The notes under the pieces were generated by a model. It had not been told where the DNA came from. It saw only the letters and a program-made list of their open reading frames with translations, and searched no databases. Below, in pieces: positions 15,816 through 26,534 of a stretch of 64,000 nt of DNA (position 1 is its first letter; each line of letters starts with the position of its first letter). A program made the translations under genes and the position numbers. The DNA is from a virus. Taxonomy: Duplodnaviria > Caudoviricetes. The stretch is taken from positions 1 through 64,000 of the IMG/VR virus record IMGVR_UViG_3300013105_000843, one strand, 5' to 3'.

Positions 15816-16591
15816 ATGAGTCGTTCGTAAGCATCTTTCTCGACAACAACTATCCGCTTATCCGGATGTTGCTCCCGCACAAGCTGCATCTTTCGTCGGT
15901 CATTGCCCCACCAGAAGCCCTTGATTTCAAGGTAGAGCTGCTGTTCTGCCAAATAGAAATCCGGTGTGTACGTGCGGTGTTTGCCGTCCATCACGTAGAC
16001 CAAGACGTCACGGTGGGTTCGAAGCTTCGTCCACGCGATTCCCAACGAGGACAACATCAAACCCACATTCCGTTCCCAGGTGCCTTGAACCATCTGTCCG
16101 TCGACCAGATACCATCTGCATCGACCACCATGGTTCTTGACAGAGCGGGCAAGGCTCAACTTCTGGCGCAGCTCCAAAGAGTGGGTCTTTCCCGTGAAAC
16201 TCGGAATGACTTCCCCTGCGGCAATCCGCGCAGCGAGAGTCGCACCAAACTTCGCGACGCGTTCGTCGGTGTCTTTGGTGCGGCCGTGATTCCACGCCTT
16301 ACGGCCCTCGTTGTAGCGTGAGCCTGGCGCGGTGCCTAAGTGCTGTTGCCCTTCGACGGTGTGAGCGCGCCATGCATGTGCAACCACGGCGTTTTTGCTG
16401 CCTACGAAGGAGCATTCGCGACATTGGAACTCGTCGTCGTGCTGCACCCAGGTTACGGCTGCCGCTTTGCTCGCTTCGTATTCCGCCCAGGCCTGTGGGC
16501 CGTGCGCTTTTATGTGTTTGTGCAATCCGTTTGACTTCTTCTCCACGCCACAAACGGGGCAAGCCGCTGTCGTGTAGACATACTTTGGCAT
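15794..16591 (-). CDS. Putative homing endonuclease (Zn fingers, NUMOD3-like region, PD-(D/E)xK domain)
   Basis: CPVC...H...H, CREC...H...H, AWNHGRT, FTGKTHS, YTPDFYL...LEIKG. Lower GC than flanks; stop codon lies inside tRNA-Phe. Confidence 0.8.
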   Translation of the reverse strand: MPKYVYTTAACPVCGVEKKSNGLHKHIKAHGPQAWAEYEASKAAAVTWVQHDDEFQCRECSFVGSKNAVVAHAWRAHTVEGQQHLGTAPGSRYNEGRKAWNHGRTKDTDERVAKFGATLAARIAAGEVIPSFTGKTHSLELRQKLSLARSVKNHGGRCRWYLVDGQMVQGTWERNVGLMLSSLGIAWTKLRTHRDVLVYVMDGKHRTYTPDFYLAEQQLYLEIKGFWWGNDRRKMQLVREQHPDKRIVVVEKDAYERLMQGELVW

Positions 16592-16617
16592 ACGAGGTCG
16601 CCTCACGATGCATTGTT

Positions 16618-16692
16618 TGGTGTGCGATAGGGGAATCAAACCCCTCTTCCCTGGGCGAAAACCAGGTGTCCTAGTCGATAGACGAATCGCAC
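16618..16692 (-). tRNA. tRNA-Glu(TTC)
   Basis: Loop TT-TTC-GC, CCA. Confidence 0.87.
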
Positions 16693-16740
16693 GATGAAAC
16701 AGGTTGCTGCTGGCCAGACCGTGATGAAGGCCAGCGGTGT

Positions 16741-16847
16741 TGGTGCGCAGCGGAAGGAACCGAACCTCTTGCCCATAGGGAACCGGGTTACGGTCGGCCG
16801 AGAGGGCAAGCAGCCACAACATCAGCTCGCCCATATTGGCGCCGCGC
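16741..16847 (-). tRNA. Atypical tRNA-Tyr(GTA)-like RNA with greatly enlarged D arm
   Basis: 8-bp acceptor with ACCA, GGGCGAGC/GCTTGCCC hairpin, loop CC-GTA-AC. Confidence 0.55.
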
Positions 16848-16853
16848 GAAAAT

Positions 16854-16931
16854 TGGTGGGGGAGGCAGGATTCGAACCTGCGAACGCCCTGGCTCAGAAC
16901 GGTGGCTTGGACCGCTTGCACTCACTCCCCT
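16854..16931 (-). tRNA. Degenerate tRNA-like gene, possible Gln(CTG)
   Basis: Good T arm and CCA, but unpaired anticodon stem around TT-CTG-AG. Confidence 0.45.
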
Positions 16932-16947
16932 ACAGGAAAACACATTG

Positions 16948-17020
16948 CATGGCAGGAGGGCATCGAACCCCCAACCTTCGGTTTTGGAGACCGGCGCTCT
17001 GCCAGTTGAGCTACTGCCAT
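16948..17020 (-). tRNA. tRNA-Trp(CCA), CCA end not encoded
   Basis: Loop CT-CCA-AA. Confidence 0.92.
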
Positions 17021-17051
17021 GCAATGTGCTTTTTTCGGTACTACGAATTAC

Positions 17052-17128
17052 TGGCAAGGGCGGAAGGATTTGAACCTTCGACACGCGGAATCAAAATCCG
17101 CTGCTCTACCGGACTGAGCTACACCCCC
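17052..17128 (-). tRNA. tRNA-Gln(TTG)
   Basis: Loop TT-TTG-AT, GCCA. Confidence 0.92.
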
Positions 17129-17158
17129 ACGGACAACGATGCTGCAATGAGCGCTTCG

Positions 17159-17244
17159 TGCGTCGAGCTAGATTCGAACTAGCGTGGCCACGTCGTGACA
17201 ACAGATTTACAGTCTGCCCCCTTCAGCCTCTCGGGCATCGACGC
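17159..17244 (-). tRNA. tRNA-Tyr(GTA), CCA not encoded
   Basis: Loop CT-GTA-AA, long V arm. Confidence 0.92.
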
Positions 17245-17274
17245 ACGAAGCGCTCACTACAGGTACATCAAATC

Positions 17275-17350
17275 TGGTACGTCCAGCAGGACTCGAACCT
17301 GCGACCCCCGCGTTCGTAGCACGGAACTCTTCCAACTGAGCTATGGACGT
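17275..17350 (-). tRNA. tRNA-Arg(ACG)
   Basis: Loop CT-ACG-AA, CCA. Confidence 0.93.
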
Positions 17351-17374
17351 ATTGTTGCGGATACAACGAAAATA

Positions 17375-17473
17375 TGGAGCCGGGATGCAGACTTGAACTG
17401 CGTGGGCGACGCCTGGGCTCCAAGTCGACGCTCTTATTGATTCGTACCGGCAGCCAGACCGGACTCTCCCGGC
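17375..17473 (-). ncRNA. tRNA-like RNA without a recognisable anticodon arm
   Basis: Acceptor GCCGGGA/TCCCGGC-TCCA, T arm GCAG-TTCAAGT-CTGC, non-canonical interior. Confidence 0.6.
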
Positions 17474-17486
17474 AAACAACGAAAAC

Positions 17487-17562
17487 TGGAGCGGGAAACG
17501 AGCTTCGAACTCGCGACCTCCACCTTGGCAAGGTGGCGCTCTACCAACTGAGCTATTCCCGC
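17487..17562 (-). tRNA. tRNA-Gly(GCC)
   Basis: Canonical, loop TT-GCC-AA, TCCA. Confidence 0.96.
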
Positions 17563-17580
17563 GGTGTACTGCGATGAAAC

Positions 17581-17656
17581 TGGCCGCCGACGAAGGGAAT
17601 CGAACCCTCATGGAACGGATAGACAATCCGCTGACCTACCAATGGCCCACGTCGGC
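17581..17656 (-). tRNA. tRNA-Asp(GTC)
   Basis: Loop TT-GTC-TA, one extra G before CCA. Confidence 0.85.
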
Positions 17657-17691
17657 AAAATCTGCACTACTAATAAAGCAATTTTCAATGC

Positions 17692-17766
17692 TGGAGTGCC
17701 CCACCGGAGTCGAACCGGTCTGAGTCGGATTTGCAATCCGGCGCCTGGCCGCTCAGCCAGAGGCAC
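17692..17766 (-). tRNA. tRNA-Cys(GCA)
   Basis: Loop TT-GCA-AA, U73, CCA. Confidence 0.93.
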
Positions 17767-17778
17767 AGCGAAAACGGT

Positions 17779-17855
17779 TGGTAGTGGACGTAGGATTCGA
17801 ACCTATCTGCCTCTCGCTTATCAAGCGAGTGCTCATCCAGATGAGCTTGTCCACC
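17779..17855 (-). tRNA. tRNA-Ile(GAT)
   Basis: Loop TT-GAT-AA, CCA. Confidence 0.9.
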
Positions 17856-17883
17856 ACGGTGCAACGGTGCAACGGTGCAACGG
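17856..17883. repeat. 8-bp tandem repeat (ACGGTGCA)x3.5
   Basis: Directly visible in the spacer. Confidence 0.85.
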
Positions 17884-17895
17884 ACCAACGAAAAC

Positions 17896-17969
17896 TGGAG
17901 CGGGTATCGGGAATCGAACCCGAGTGTTCAGCTTGGAAGGCTGCTGCTCTACCATTGAGCTACACCCGC
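17896..17969 (-). tRNA. tRNA-Gly(TCC)
   Basis: Loop CT-TCC-AA, TCCA. Confidence 0.94.
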
Positions 17970-17984
17970 ATGGAAATCCTTCAT

Positions 17985-18089
17985 CGCTGCCCGCTGGATT
18001 TGAACCAGCGCTGACGGGCGCCCGCCACCTGGAATGGATACCAGTCTCCCTCTGCAATGAGGTGCTCTACCAGCCTGAGCTAGAGCAGC
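17985..18089 (-). ncRNA. tRNA-like RNA with 6-nt anticodon loop and two-hairpin variable region
   Basis: Canonical D and T arms, CCTC-ATTGCA-GAGG, extra hairpins, no CCA. Confidence 0.6.
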
Positions 18090-18105
18090 GATGAAGAATC
18101 GTGAA

Positions 18106-18183
18106 TGGTGCCGTCGGCGTAGATTCGAACTCGCGACCCGCCGCCTACAATGCGGCCGCTCTACCGGGCTGAGCTACGACGGC
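18106..18183 (-). tRNA. tRNA-Thr(TGT)
   Basis: Loop AT-TGT-AG, CCA, bulge in T stem. Confidence 0.88.
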
Positions 18184-18397
18184 AGTGGAAACTTCACTGT
18201 ATCACTTTGTAAAGCCACATCGTCAAGGATGAAGCTTTAAAAAGTGCGGAGGTTGTCCCTCCGCATGCCCATCTTACTCCTGCGTTTCCGCCGCAGTTTC
18301 ATACCGGGACCCCGCCCATTCGCCATGTTTTTTGCCGTGCTGGCTGCGGTCTCGTTCCGCATGACACGTTGTTAGCCTGGTTGCGCCACTGGGGCAG

Positions 18398-18438
18398 AAA
18401 AGCAAAAACCCCTGGGTGCTTGCGCATTCCCAGGGGTT
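18398..18438 (-). terminator. Attenuator terminator upstream of the tRNA array
   Basis: AACCCCTGGG...CCCAGGGGTT followed by TTTGCTTTT. Confidence 0.85.
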
Positions 18439-18463
18439 CCTTGAACCTTTGTGGATGGACTCT

Positions 18464-18646
18464 TTAGAAGATGCCCGTCCCCTCGGAATGCGCTGCGGCT
18501 GACTTACCCTCGCTGGGCTGATAGCCAAAGCGCGGTGCCGTCGACGCAATGATGGAATCATTCGACAACACGTTCTGCCCGCGCACGGCTGCACGCCACG
18601 CCATCGGCGCGGTACAGCCATTTTGGAGGTGCAGAGCGAGTTTCAT
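18464..18646 (-). CDS. Putative attenuator leader peptide (60 aa)
   Basis: AAGGA RBS; lies between promoter and terminator; 3' end contains the antiterminator sequence. Confidence 0.6.
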   Translation of the reverse strand: MKLALHLQNGCTAPMAWRAAVRGQNVLSNDSIIASTAPRFGYQPSEGKSAAAHSEGTGIF

Positions 18647-18706
18647 TTCGAACAATTCCTTCAATCAATTCGGTTAAGGTCCGACAAGTTGGACCCGATG
18701 TGAGCA

Positions 18707-18734
18707 AGTATAGCGAGCATTGGGCTCATGTCAA
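18707..18734 (-). promoter_or_regulatory. Sigma70 promoter of the tRNA array
   Basis: TTGACA-N16-TATACT. Confidence 0.82.
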
Positions 18735-18875
18735 CGCTCTCGTGCAAAAATTTTCGAACTATTTTCAGATTCAGGTAGGATGTTTAGGCTAACCCATTGA
18801 AATTGAAGCATAATTAACGAAGCGCGCCTGCTGTGAAATCTTCACAACAGGCGCACGGATTGAGGCTGTTCAGCT

Positions 18876-20711
18876 TCAACTCTCGTTTTCGAAGGTGTCG
18901 GCTAGCTCGGTGAGCACCACTTCCAGCGCCTCCGGCCCCACCTCGAACGGGCTCTTCACAATCTTCAGCGGCCCGCGCGCCGCGTCACCGGTCATCGTCG
19001 CGACCGGCTGGGCAGTGCTCGGCTGCTCAACCTGCGGCGCGCTCGCCAGCACAGCGGCCGCCTGTGCCGCCCCTCCCTGCGGCGCCGGCTGACCGGCGGG
19101 GGGCGCGAGCTTGAGCATCGGGCGCGCTTCGAAGTCGCGGTCGGCGTAGTGTTCGGCGATGCGCTCGCGCTTTTTCGGGAACGCCAGCTTGACGCGGCAA
19201 ATCGGGTAGTCGCCCTTGAGCTTGAAGAAGCCATGGAGGTCCTTGAGCCGCTGCAGCTGGACCGGCATGACCGCGCGCTCGGTCTGCACCTGCTCGTTCA
19301 GGCCGGCGGAGCCTCCCGATTCCGATGAGGACTCGCCGCGCATCATGCGCGATACCTCCTTGTCTCCAATATAGGTGGAGATGTATTCGGAGGTCTCCGG
19401 GTCCGAGCAGCGCAGCACCAGCCACGATGACAGGCACGACAGGATGGTCTGAGCGCCCTTCTCGCCGTAGCGGTCCTGGAGTTGCGAAATCGCCTGCAGG
19501 CCAATGAGCAGGCACCCGCCCTTCTTGCGGGCCTTGGTCGCGAAGGCCTCGATGGTCTGCACCTTGCCGATGGACGCGAACTCGTCAATGATGAGCCACA
19601 CCCGACGCCCGCTATTCTCTGGCAGCGACAGGATGGTCCGCGCCGCGACGTCGAGCGCGCACGAAATCATGTTGCGCAGGGAGTCGAGCTGGTCGTCGCG
19701 GTACGTGAGGAACAGGAATCCGGGTTTGCCCGCACGGATGAACTTCGACACCGAGAACGGGTCGTCGCGGTCTTCCAGGTAGGCGTAGGTCGCCAGGTAG
19801 TTCGACGCGATGGTGCGAATCGAGCCGAAGGTGCGCTCGGAGACGAGCTGCGCGGCCGCCGGCGTGCCGGCCAGAAACTGCGCCAGCTCTTCAATGGGCG
19901 CGGCCTGCACGTAATAGAGCAGCTCCTTGACGGACAGGCGCTTCAGCTCATCGAGCTTGCGCAGCACCGAGGTCACGAACGTCTGGGCATACCCGTTCCA
20001 CTCCCGAGCTTCACCCTCGCCGTCGGGGACCATCGACTTGGACATCGCCTCGTCGTGCCCCGGACCGGAAATCTCGGCCGTCGGCGACCAGGGGGCACAG
20101 CGCTCGTCGAACGGGTTCAGGATGCGGTCACGCCCCTCGCGGTAGTAGCGCGAAGCAAACTCGCCGCCTGAGTCGACGACGAGCGCGATGTCGCCGCGCG
20201 CCTCGATATCGTCGAGCAGGCGCGTGATGGCGACCGACTTGCCGGTGCCAGTCGAACCCACGACCAGGAAGTGATAGGGCTCGGCGCTGCGCGGGATATT
20301 CACGCCGGCAATGGCCAGGCTTTCCTCGAAGTCAGACTTCGGCAGCGCCGACGCTGTCTTTCGATTGACGTCCGAGGGCGTGCTGACCGTGGCACCCCGG
20401 CGCAACTTCTCGCGCGGGCGCAGCCGGCGCGCCAGCAGGTTCAGGACAGGGGCGATGCCGGCGCCGAGCGCGAGCCAGGCCACGGTGACCCCGGTAGGGA
20501 GCGTGCCCGGCAATGCGTGCAAGCCCAGCAGGGCCACGCCGATGGCCGCCGCGTAGAGCATCAGGCGGGTCAGCTTCGCTGCGAGCGGAAACCAGTTCAC
20601 CCAGCGTGCGGCAAGCTTGCGCCAGACCGTAAAGAGGGAATACAGGGCAAAGCCGAACAGCACGAGCTGCGCGGGCTCGCTATCCAGCCAGGAAAGGATG
20701 GCTTCGTTCAT
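18876..20711 (-). CDS. traD: Type IV secretion coupling protein (TraD/TrwB family)
   Basis: N-terminal TMs, HFLVVGSTGTGKS (Walker A), LNPFDERC, WLIIDEFASIG (Walker B), GLQAISQLQDRYG. Confidence 0.9.
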   Translation of the reverse strand: MNEAILSWLDSEPAQLVLFGFALYSLFTVWRKLAARWVNWFPLAAKLTRLMLYAAAIGVALLGLHALPGTLPTGVTVAWLALGAGIAPVLNLLARRLRPREKLRRGATVSTPSDVNRKTASALPKSDFEESLAIAGVNIPRSAEPYHFLVVGSTGTGKSVAITRLLDDIEARGDIALVVDSGGEFASRYYREGRDRILNPFDERCAPWSPTAEISGPGHDEAMSKSMVPDGEGEAREWNGYAQTFVTSVLRKLDELKRLSVKELLYYVQAAPIEELAQFLAGTPAAAQLVSERTFGSIRTIASNYLATYAYLEDRDDPFSVSKFIRAGKPGFLFLTYRDDQLDSLRNMISCALDVAARTILSLPENSGRRVWLIIDEFASIGKVQTIEAFATKARKKGGCLLIGLQAISQLQDRYGEKGAQTILSCLSSWLVLRCSDPETSEYISTYIGDKEVSRMMRGESSSESGGSAGLNEQVQTERAVMPVQLQRLKDLHGFFKLKGDYPICRVKLAFPKKRERIAEHYADRDFEARPMLKLAPPAGQPAPQGGAAQAAAVLASAPQVEQPSTAQPVATMTGDAARGPLKIVKSPFEVGPEALEVVLTELADTFENES

Positions 20712-20850
20712 TTTGGTCCAAGCACTGAAAGGTCGCGTAGTGCGACCGCCGGACCGGTATAGGCAGATGAGCGAGGGATGGCGCGCGACGCGCCGCGCAA
20801 ATGAAAACGCCACCCGCGAGAGGGTGGCGCATGCGTGGTGGCGCGCTGGC

Positions 20851-21609
20851 TTAGAAGACGCCCGAAATCACGCGCACCAGGCCGCTGCGCAGCGGGGTCA
20901 CCGCTTCGCCGAAGTCGAGGTTGACCTTGTTCGCGACGCTCATCACGCGCGTCTGGTAGGTGCGGTAATCGCTATCCTCGTTGTACGTCACCGTCGTGCC
21001 GCCGCTGTTGCCCTGGTGCAGGTTGTGCACCGAGCTTTCGTGGCTCTTCACACCGCTGCGCTGGCGTTCGCGAATCATCACGTCCGTGATGGCCGTGTAG
21101 TAGACGTCCTTGACGGCCGCGTTGGCGACCATCTCGGCCAGGCCGGTGACGAGCCCCGCGGCGAGAATCGGGCCGCCGTGGGTTGCGCCCATGCCCACCG
21201 CGGCGCCTGCCCCCAGGAACGCGGCGCCGAGCGGCGCGCCGTAGCCGCCGAAGGCCATCCGCGCGGCCGACGGCGTCACCTTGCCGACCTGCAGGATGTT
21301 CGCCTGCAGGATGAACTGCGCCTGGTCCGGGTCGCTGACGACGCGGTAGCCTTTGGCAGCGACGGCGGCCGACACGTCAGACGCGATATCGAAATCCGGC
21401 TTGTCGGAGGTATTGCGGACCTGCACGTAGATGGTACGTTTCGCGGCCGCGGTCGGCTCGAGGAAGATGGTATCGGACATCCGCGTCTGGACATCCAGGT
21501 TGCGTTTTTCAATCGCTATCTGTGTGGCTGCGCAGCCGGACAGCAGGCTGGTCTAACCGATGGCGGCCAGGACGGTTGCGACGAAAATGGTCTTCGCGTG
21601 AAATTTCAT
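20851..21609 (-). pseudogene. traT: TraT surface-exclusion lipoprotein with an in-frame TAG at codon 19
   Basis: MKFHAKTIFVATVLAAIG*TSLLSGC (lipobox)...RNLDVQTRMSDTIFLEP...TRVMSVANKVNLDF. Confidence 0.85.
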
Positions 21610-21790
21610 TCTTTTCCCCGTAGATAGGATGTCGTGTGCGCCCGCGCAACAGGATGAGTGCCGGGTGTTTAGTATGTATATCACTAATAGCGACATATGG
21701 CAACTTCACAATGCGCTTTTTGCAAAGTGAATCTTTTAGTGGAGTTAACTTGTTGCGAAATTAACTCGCGGCGTTCGCGCGGTATGCCAC

Positions 21791-22228
21791 TCAGTTGAAT
21801 GCGTACTCGAGCTTGCCGGGACGATAGCGGCCCTTGTCGACCGAGTTGAGCTGGAAGCCGTACCGGTTCACGAACGGCCGGCTGTAGAGGCCGAGCATTT
21901 CCTCGGCGACCGTGCAGTGCGGCCGCTCAGTCTCCAGCTCCTCGAACATCCGCTCGATGAGCCGCAGGCCGACGCCGGTGTTCTGCGCCTCCGGCACCAC
22001 GCGCACGCAACGCAGCTTGCGCTCGTCGGCCGTTCGCTTGCCGAGCGCAAGGCCCGTCGTCTGCTCGCCCTCCTTGGCCAGCAGCAGCACGTCATTGCCC
22101 AGCACAAGCCCCGGGATGACAGTGTTGACGTACCAGTACGAGAGGTCCGGATAGAGCGTGTCGAGCGACTGCAGCAGCGGGACTGCCATGAAGGCCTCGA
22201 CGAAAGACCGGGTGGCGACGATGCGCAT
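21791..22228 (-). CDS. GNAT-family acetyltransferase
   Basis: KLRCVRVVPEAQNTGVGLRL acetyl-CoA motif. Confidence 0.8.
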   Translation of the reverse strand: MRIVATRSFVEAFMAVPLLQSLDTLYPDLSYWYVNTVIPGLVLGNDVLLLAKEGEQTTGLALGKRTADERKLRCVRVVPEAQNTGVGLRLIERMFEELETERPHCTVAEEMLGLYSRPFVNRYGFQLNSVDKGRYRPGKLEYAFN

Positions 22229-22578
22229 GGAGTATCTCCGGCGCCTACGGCGAGCTATGCCGCGCGGTACCAGACGCGCAGTCCGCCCTCGCGGTACGGG
22301 CCGTCCATCAGCGTCTCGACATTGAGGACGGTGACGTTGTTCGCGGCTATCCAAGCGTTGGCCACGTGGACAATCGTGTCCATCATGTTGGCCGATTCGG
22401 TCTTCAGGAAGTCCTTAAACGCAATCTTCACTTTTCGCTCACAGGTTCGTTGGGCATGGTGCTGGACGGCAATGAAACGGTATAATATACTTCATAAAGC
22501 GCGTTACGCAAGTCCATGGGCGTGGCGTTTCCTATACATGGGCTGCCATTCCACGACCGTACCGCCTGAAGGGATTTC

Positions 22579-24549
<1,971 letters not shown>

Positions 24550-24559
24550 GGAAACGCTC

Positions 24560-24922
24560 ATGACGACGACAACGACGGGCATCGAATTCAAGCGCTTCTA
24601 TGGCGACCGCGCGTTCTGGCCGCAGGGCGGCAAAACCTATCACGACGACACGCTGTTCGTTGTAGACGGCCGGCCGTTGCGGGAGGAGGAAGACCCCGCG
24701 GACATTCCCGACCGGGTCATTCTCGAGATTCGCAGTGGATTCGTCATCGGGATTCCGCAGGGCGTCGCAGGCGGCGTCGAAGAGATGGACCTGGGTGAGT
24801 ATTTCCTGCTTTGGCAGAAGACCCAGTCGACCGTAACGCTCGTGCTCGAGTGTCCGCGTGACGCCCTCGACCAGGTCATCGCCGTCGCGACGCGCGCGGG
24901 CGCCAGGGTGCCTCAAGCGTAA
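24560..24922 (+). CDS. Hypothetical protein
   Basis: AAGGA RBS directly after parE. Confidence 0.7.
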   Translation: MTTTTTGIEFKRFYGDRAFWPQGGKTYHDDTLFVVDGRPLREEEDPADIPDRVILEIRSGFVIGIPQGVAGGVEEMDLGEYFLLWQKTQSTVTLVLECPRDALDQVIAVATRAGARVPQA

Positions 24923-24994
24923 CCGCCGTCAGGAACGTGGTGGGTGCCCGCCGGGGCTATACGCAAGCAGGACAACCAACCACGGAGTGGAACC

Positions 24995-25534
24995 ATGAAT
25001 ACGACTGTTGTGCGCAGCAAGTTTGCCCAAGTGAAAGCAGGTAGCGCTGTCGTGATGTCGGATGCAGAGCTGGACTGGCTCATCGACAACGACATGCATC
25101 CTGCGGACATGGTGTCGATTCGCAACCCCAACCAGTTGGGCACGCTCGATACGTACATGGTGGCGATGACAAGCCACCCGGTGATGCTGGCTGAACGCGA
25201 AAAGCAGGACCTTCTGACGTCGGCGATGCGTGCCTCGGTGTACGAGACCAATGCAGTCTGGGACGAGCCGAAAGGCGCCTCCTCGCCGCGCGGCTGGTAC
25301 TGGCCGGAAAGGAGCACGATTCACGGCAAAACGCCCTGCGCCGGGCACTACCTGGACTACGGCCCGGGCTCCCGCCATGACGACAGGCAAACGGTCGAAC
25401 CCGGCACCATCCATTGCATTGTCGTTGCGAAGGATACGGGTGGCGCAGTCAGCTGGCGCTATGTCGAAACGGTCGAAGAAGCTCGCACCTGGATTGAAAC
25501 CGAAGCGGCCAAGTTTGGCCATCCGCGTACCTGA
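24995..25534 (+). CDS. Hypothetical protein
   Basis: GGAG RBS, co-oriented. Confidence 0.7.
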   Translation: MNTTVVRSKFAQVKAGSAVVMSDAELDWLIDNDMHPADMVSIRNPNQLGTLDTYMVAMTSHPVMLAEREKQDLLTSAMRASVYETNAVWDEPKGASSPRGWYWPERSTIHGKTPCAGHYLDYGPGSRHDDRQTVEPGTIHCIVVAKDTGGAVSWRYVETVEEARTWIETEAAKFGHPRT

Positions 25535-25584
25535 TTCACCCTCAAAACGGCTCCTCGTGGGCCGTTTGTTCGCGCACACCACCC

Positions 25585-26133
25585 ATGCAATTGAATACGA
25601 ACAGCAAAACGATACCCGATTGCGAGCAGCGCATCGTTCGCGTACTGCCGCGCCTCGACGCCGTGCATCGTGTGCCGGACAGCGGCGAGGCGTGCATCTC
25701 CATCACGAACCCGAGGCAATCGCCAGCATCACTCGAGGACGGATGGGCGGAGGTGCTGCGTCTGGGCTTCCACGATACCGACCGTCGCGGCGGCGGGTTC
25801 ACGGAGATGACGCTCGAGCACGCGATGGACGTGCTGGCGTTTGGCCGCCGGCATGCTGCGGCGCCGCTCACGGTGCATTGTCAGTTTGGGCAGTCTCGCT
25901 CGGTCGCTGTGGGCGTCTTCCTCGCGGCCTGGCTCGGCCGTCCGGTGCAGCTCACGCATGACGTGCTCGCGCCGAACCCGTGGGTGGTGCGCCAGTTGCG
26001 GCGCGCCGCCCTGCTCTGCGCGCTGCGCTGGTGCGACGGACGGCTGCTCATGGTCGCCCTTGTCAGCCCGCTCGCCCCTCGATTCCGGTACGGGATGATG
26101 CCCAAGGCCATCGCCGATACCTACCTGCCTTAA
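25585..26133 (+). CDS. Protein-tyrosine/dual-specificity phosphatase-like protein
   Basis: VHCQFGQSRS (CX5R), LRLGFHD, PNPWV. Confidence 0.8.
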   Translation: MQLNTNSKTIPDCEQRIVRVLPRLDAVHRVPDSGEACISITNPRQSPASLEDGWAEVLRLGFHDTDRRGGGFTEMTLEHAMDVLAFGRRHAAAPLTVHCQFGQSRSVAVGVFLAAWLGRPVQLTHDVLAPNPWVVRQLRRAALLCALRWCDGRLLMVALVSPLAPRFRYGMMPKAIADTYLP

Positions 26134-26144
26134 CGGAGACTTCG

Positions 26145-26531
26145 ATGACTGATGCAACCAAGCCCGCAGACGCGGCGCTGTCCACCGATGACGCGGCGCG
26201 CCGCGAAGCCCTGCGCGAACGCATGCGCAAGGGGCAGGAAAAGATGCGTGAGATGCGTGAAGCCGGCTGGAAGCCGGTGCATCGCACTCCCGTCGAACAG
26301 GCACAGGCCAACCCGAACTCGCTCAAGGCCGCCATCAAGGCGTTCTGCTGGACGTGTGTGGGCGAAGACGCTGACCCGGGCGCGAAATTCCGCGTGCGCG
26401 ACTGCACGGTGACGCGCTGTGCGTTGCACCCGCATCGGCCGTGGCAGAACGTCAAGGGCGGCCACGGGGCGACGGGCGAGGACGGTGAAGTGCTCGCCAC
26501 CGCTGATTCCGAAGACACGAGCGAGGACTGA
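26145..26531 (+). CDS. Hypothetical Cys-rich protein
   Basis: AIKAFCWTC...VRDCTVTRCALHPHR. Confidence 0.7.
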   Translation: MTDATKPADAALSTDDAARREALRERMRKGQEKMREMREAGWKPVHRTPVEQAQANPNSLKAAIKAFCWTCVGEDADPGAKFRVRDCTVTRCALHPHRPWQNVKGGHGATGEDGEVLATADSEDTSED

Positions 26532-26534
26532 ACG

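Noticed and set aside
16592-16921. N-terminal extension of the 15794 ORF
   Set aside because: It overlaps three tRNA or tRNA-like genes; the real start is probably MPKY at 16591.
17856-17883. ACGGTGCA repeats as iterons or CRISPR
   Set aside because: Only 3.5 contiguous 8-mers in a tRNA spacer, consistent with simple slippage.
21553-21555. Amber recoding (alternative genetic code)
   Set aside because: There is no CUA-anticodon tRNA in the array, TAG ends several ordinary ORFs (e.g. 30433, 50014, 51378), and I saw only one internal TAG.
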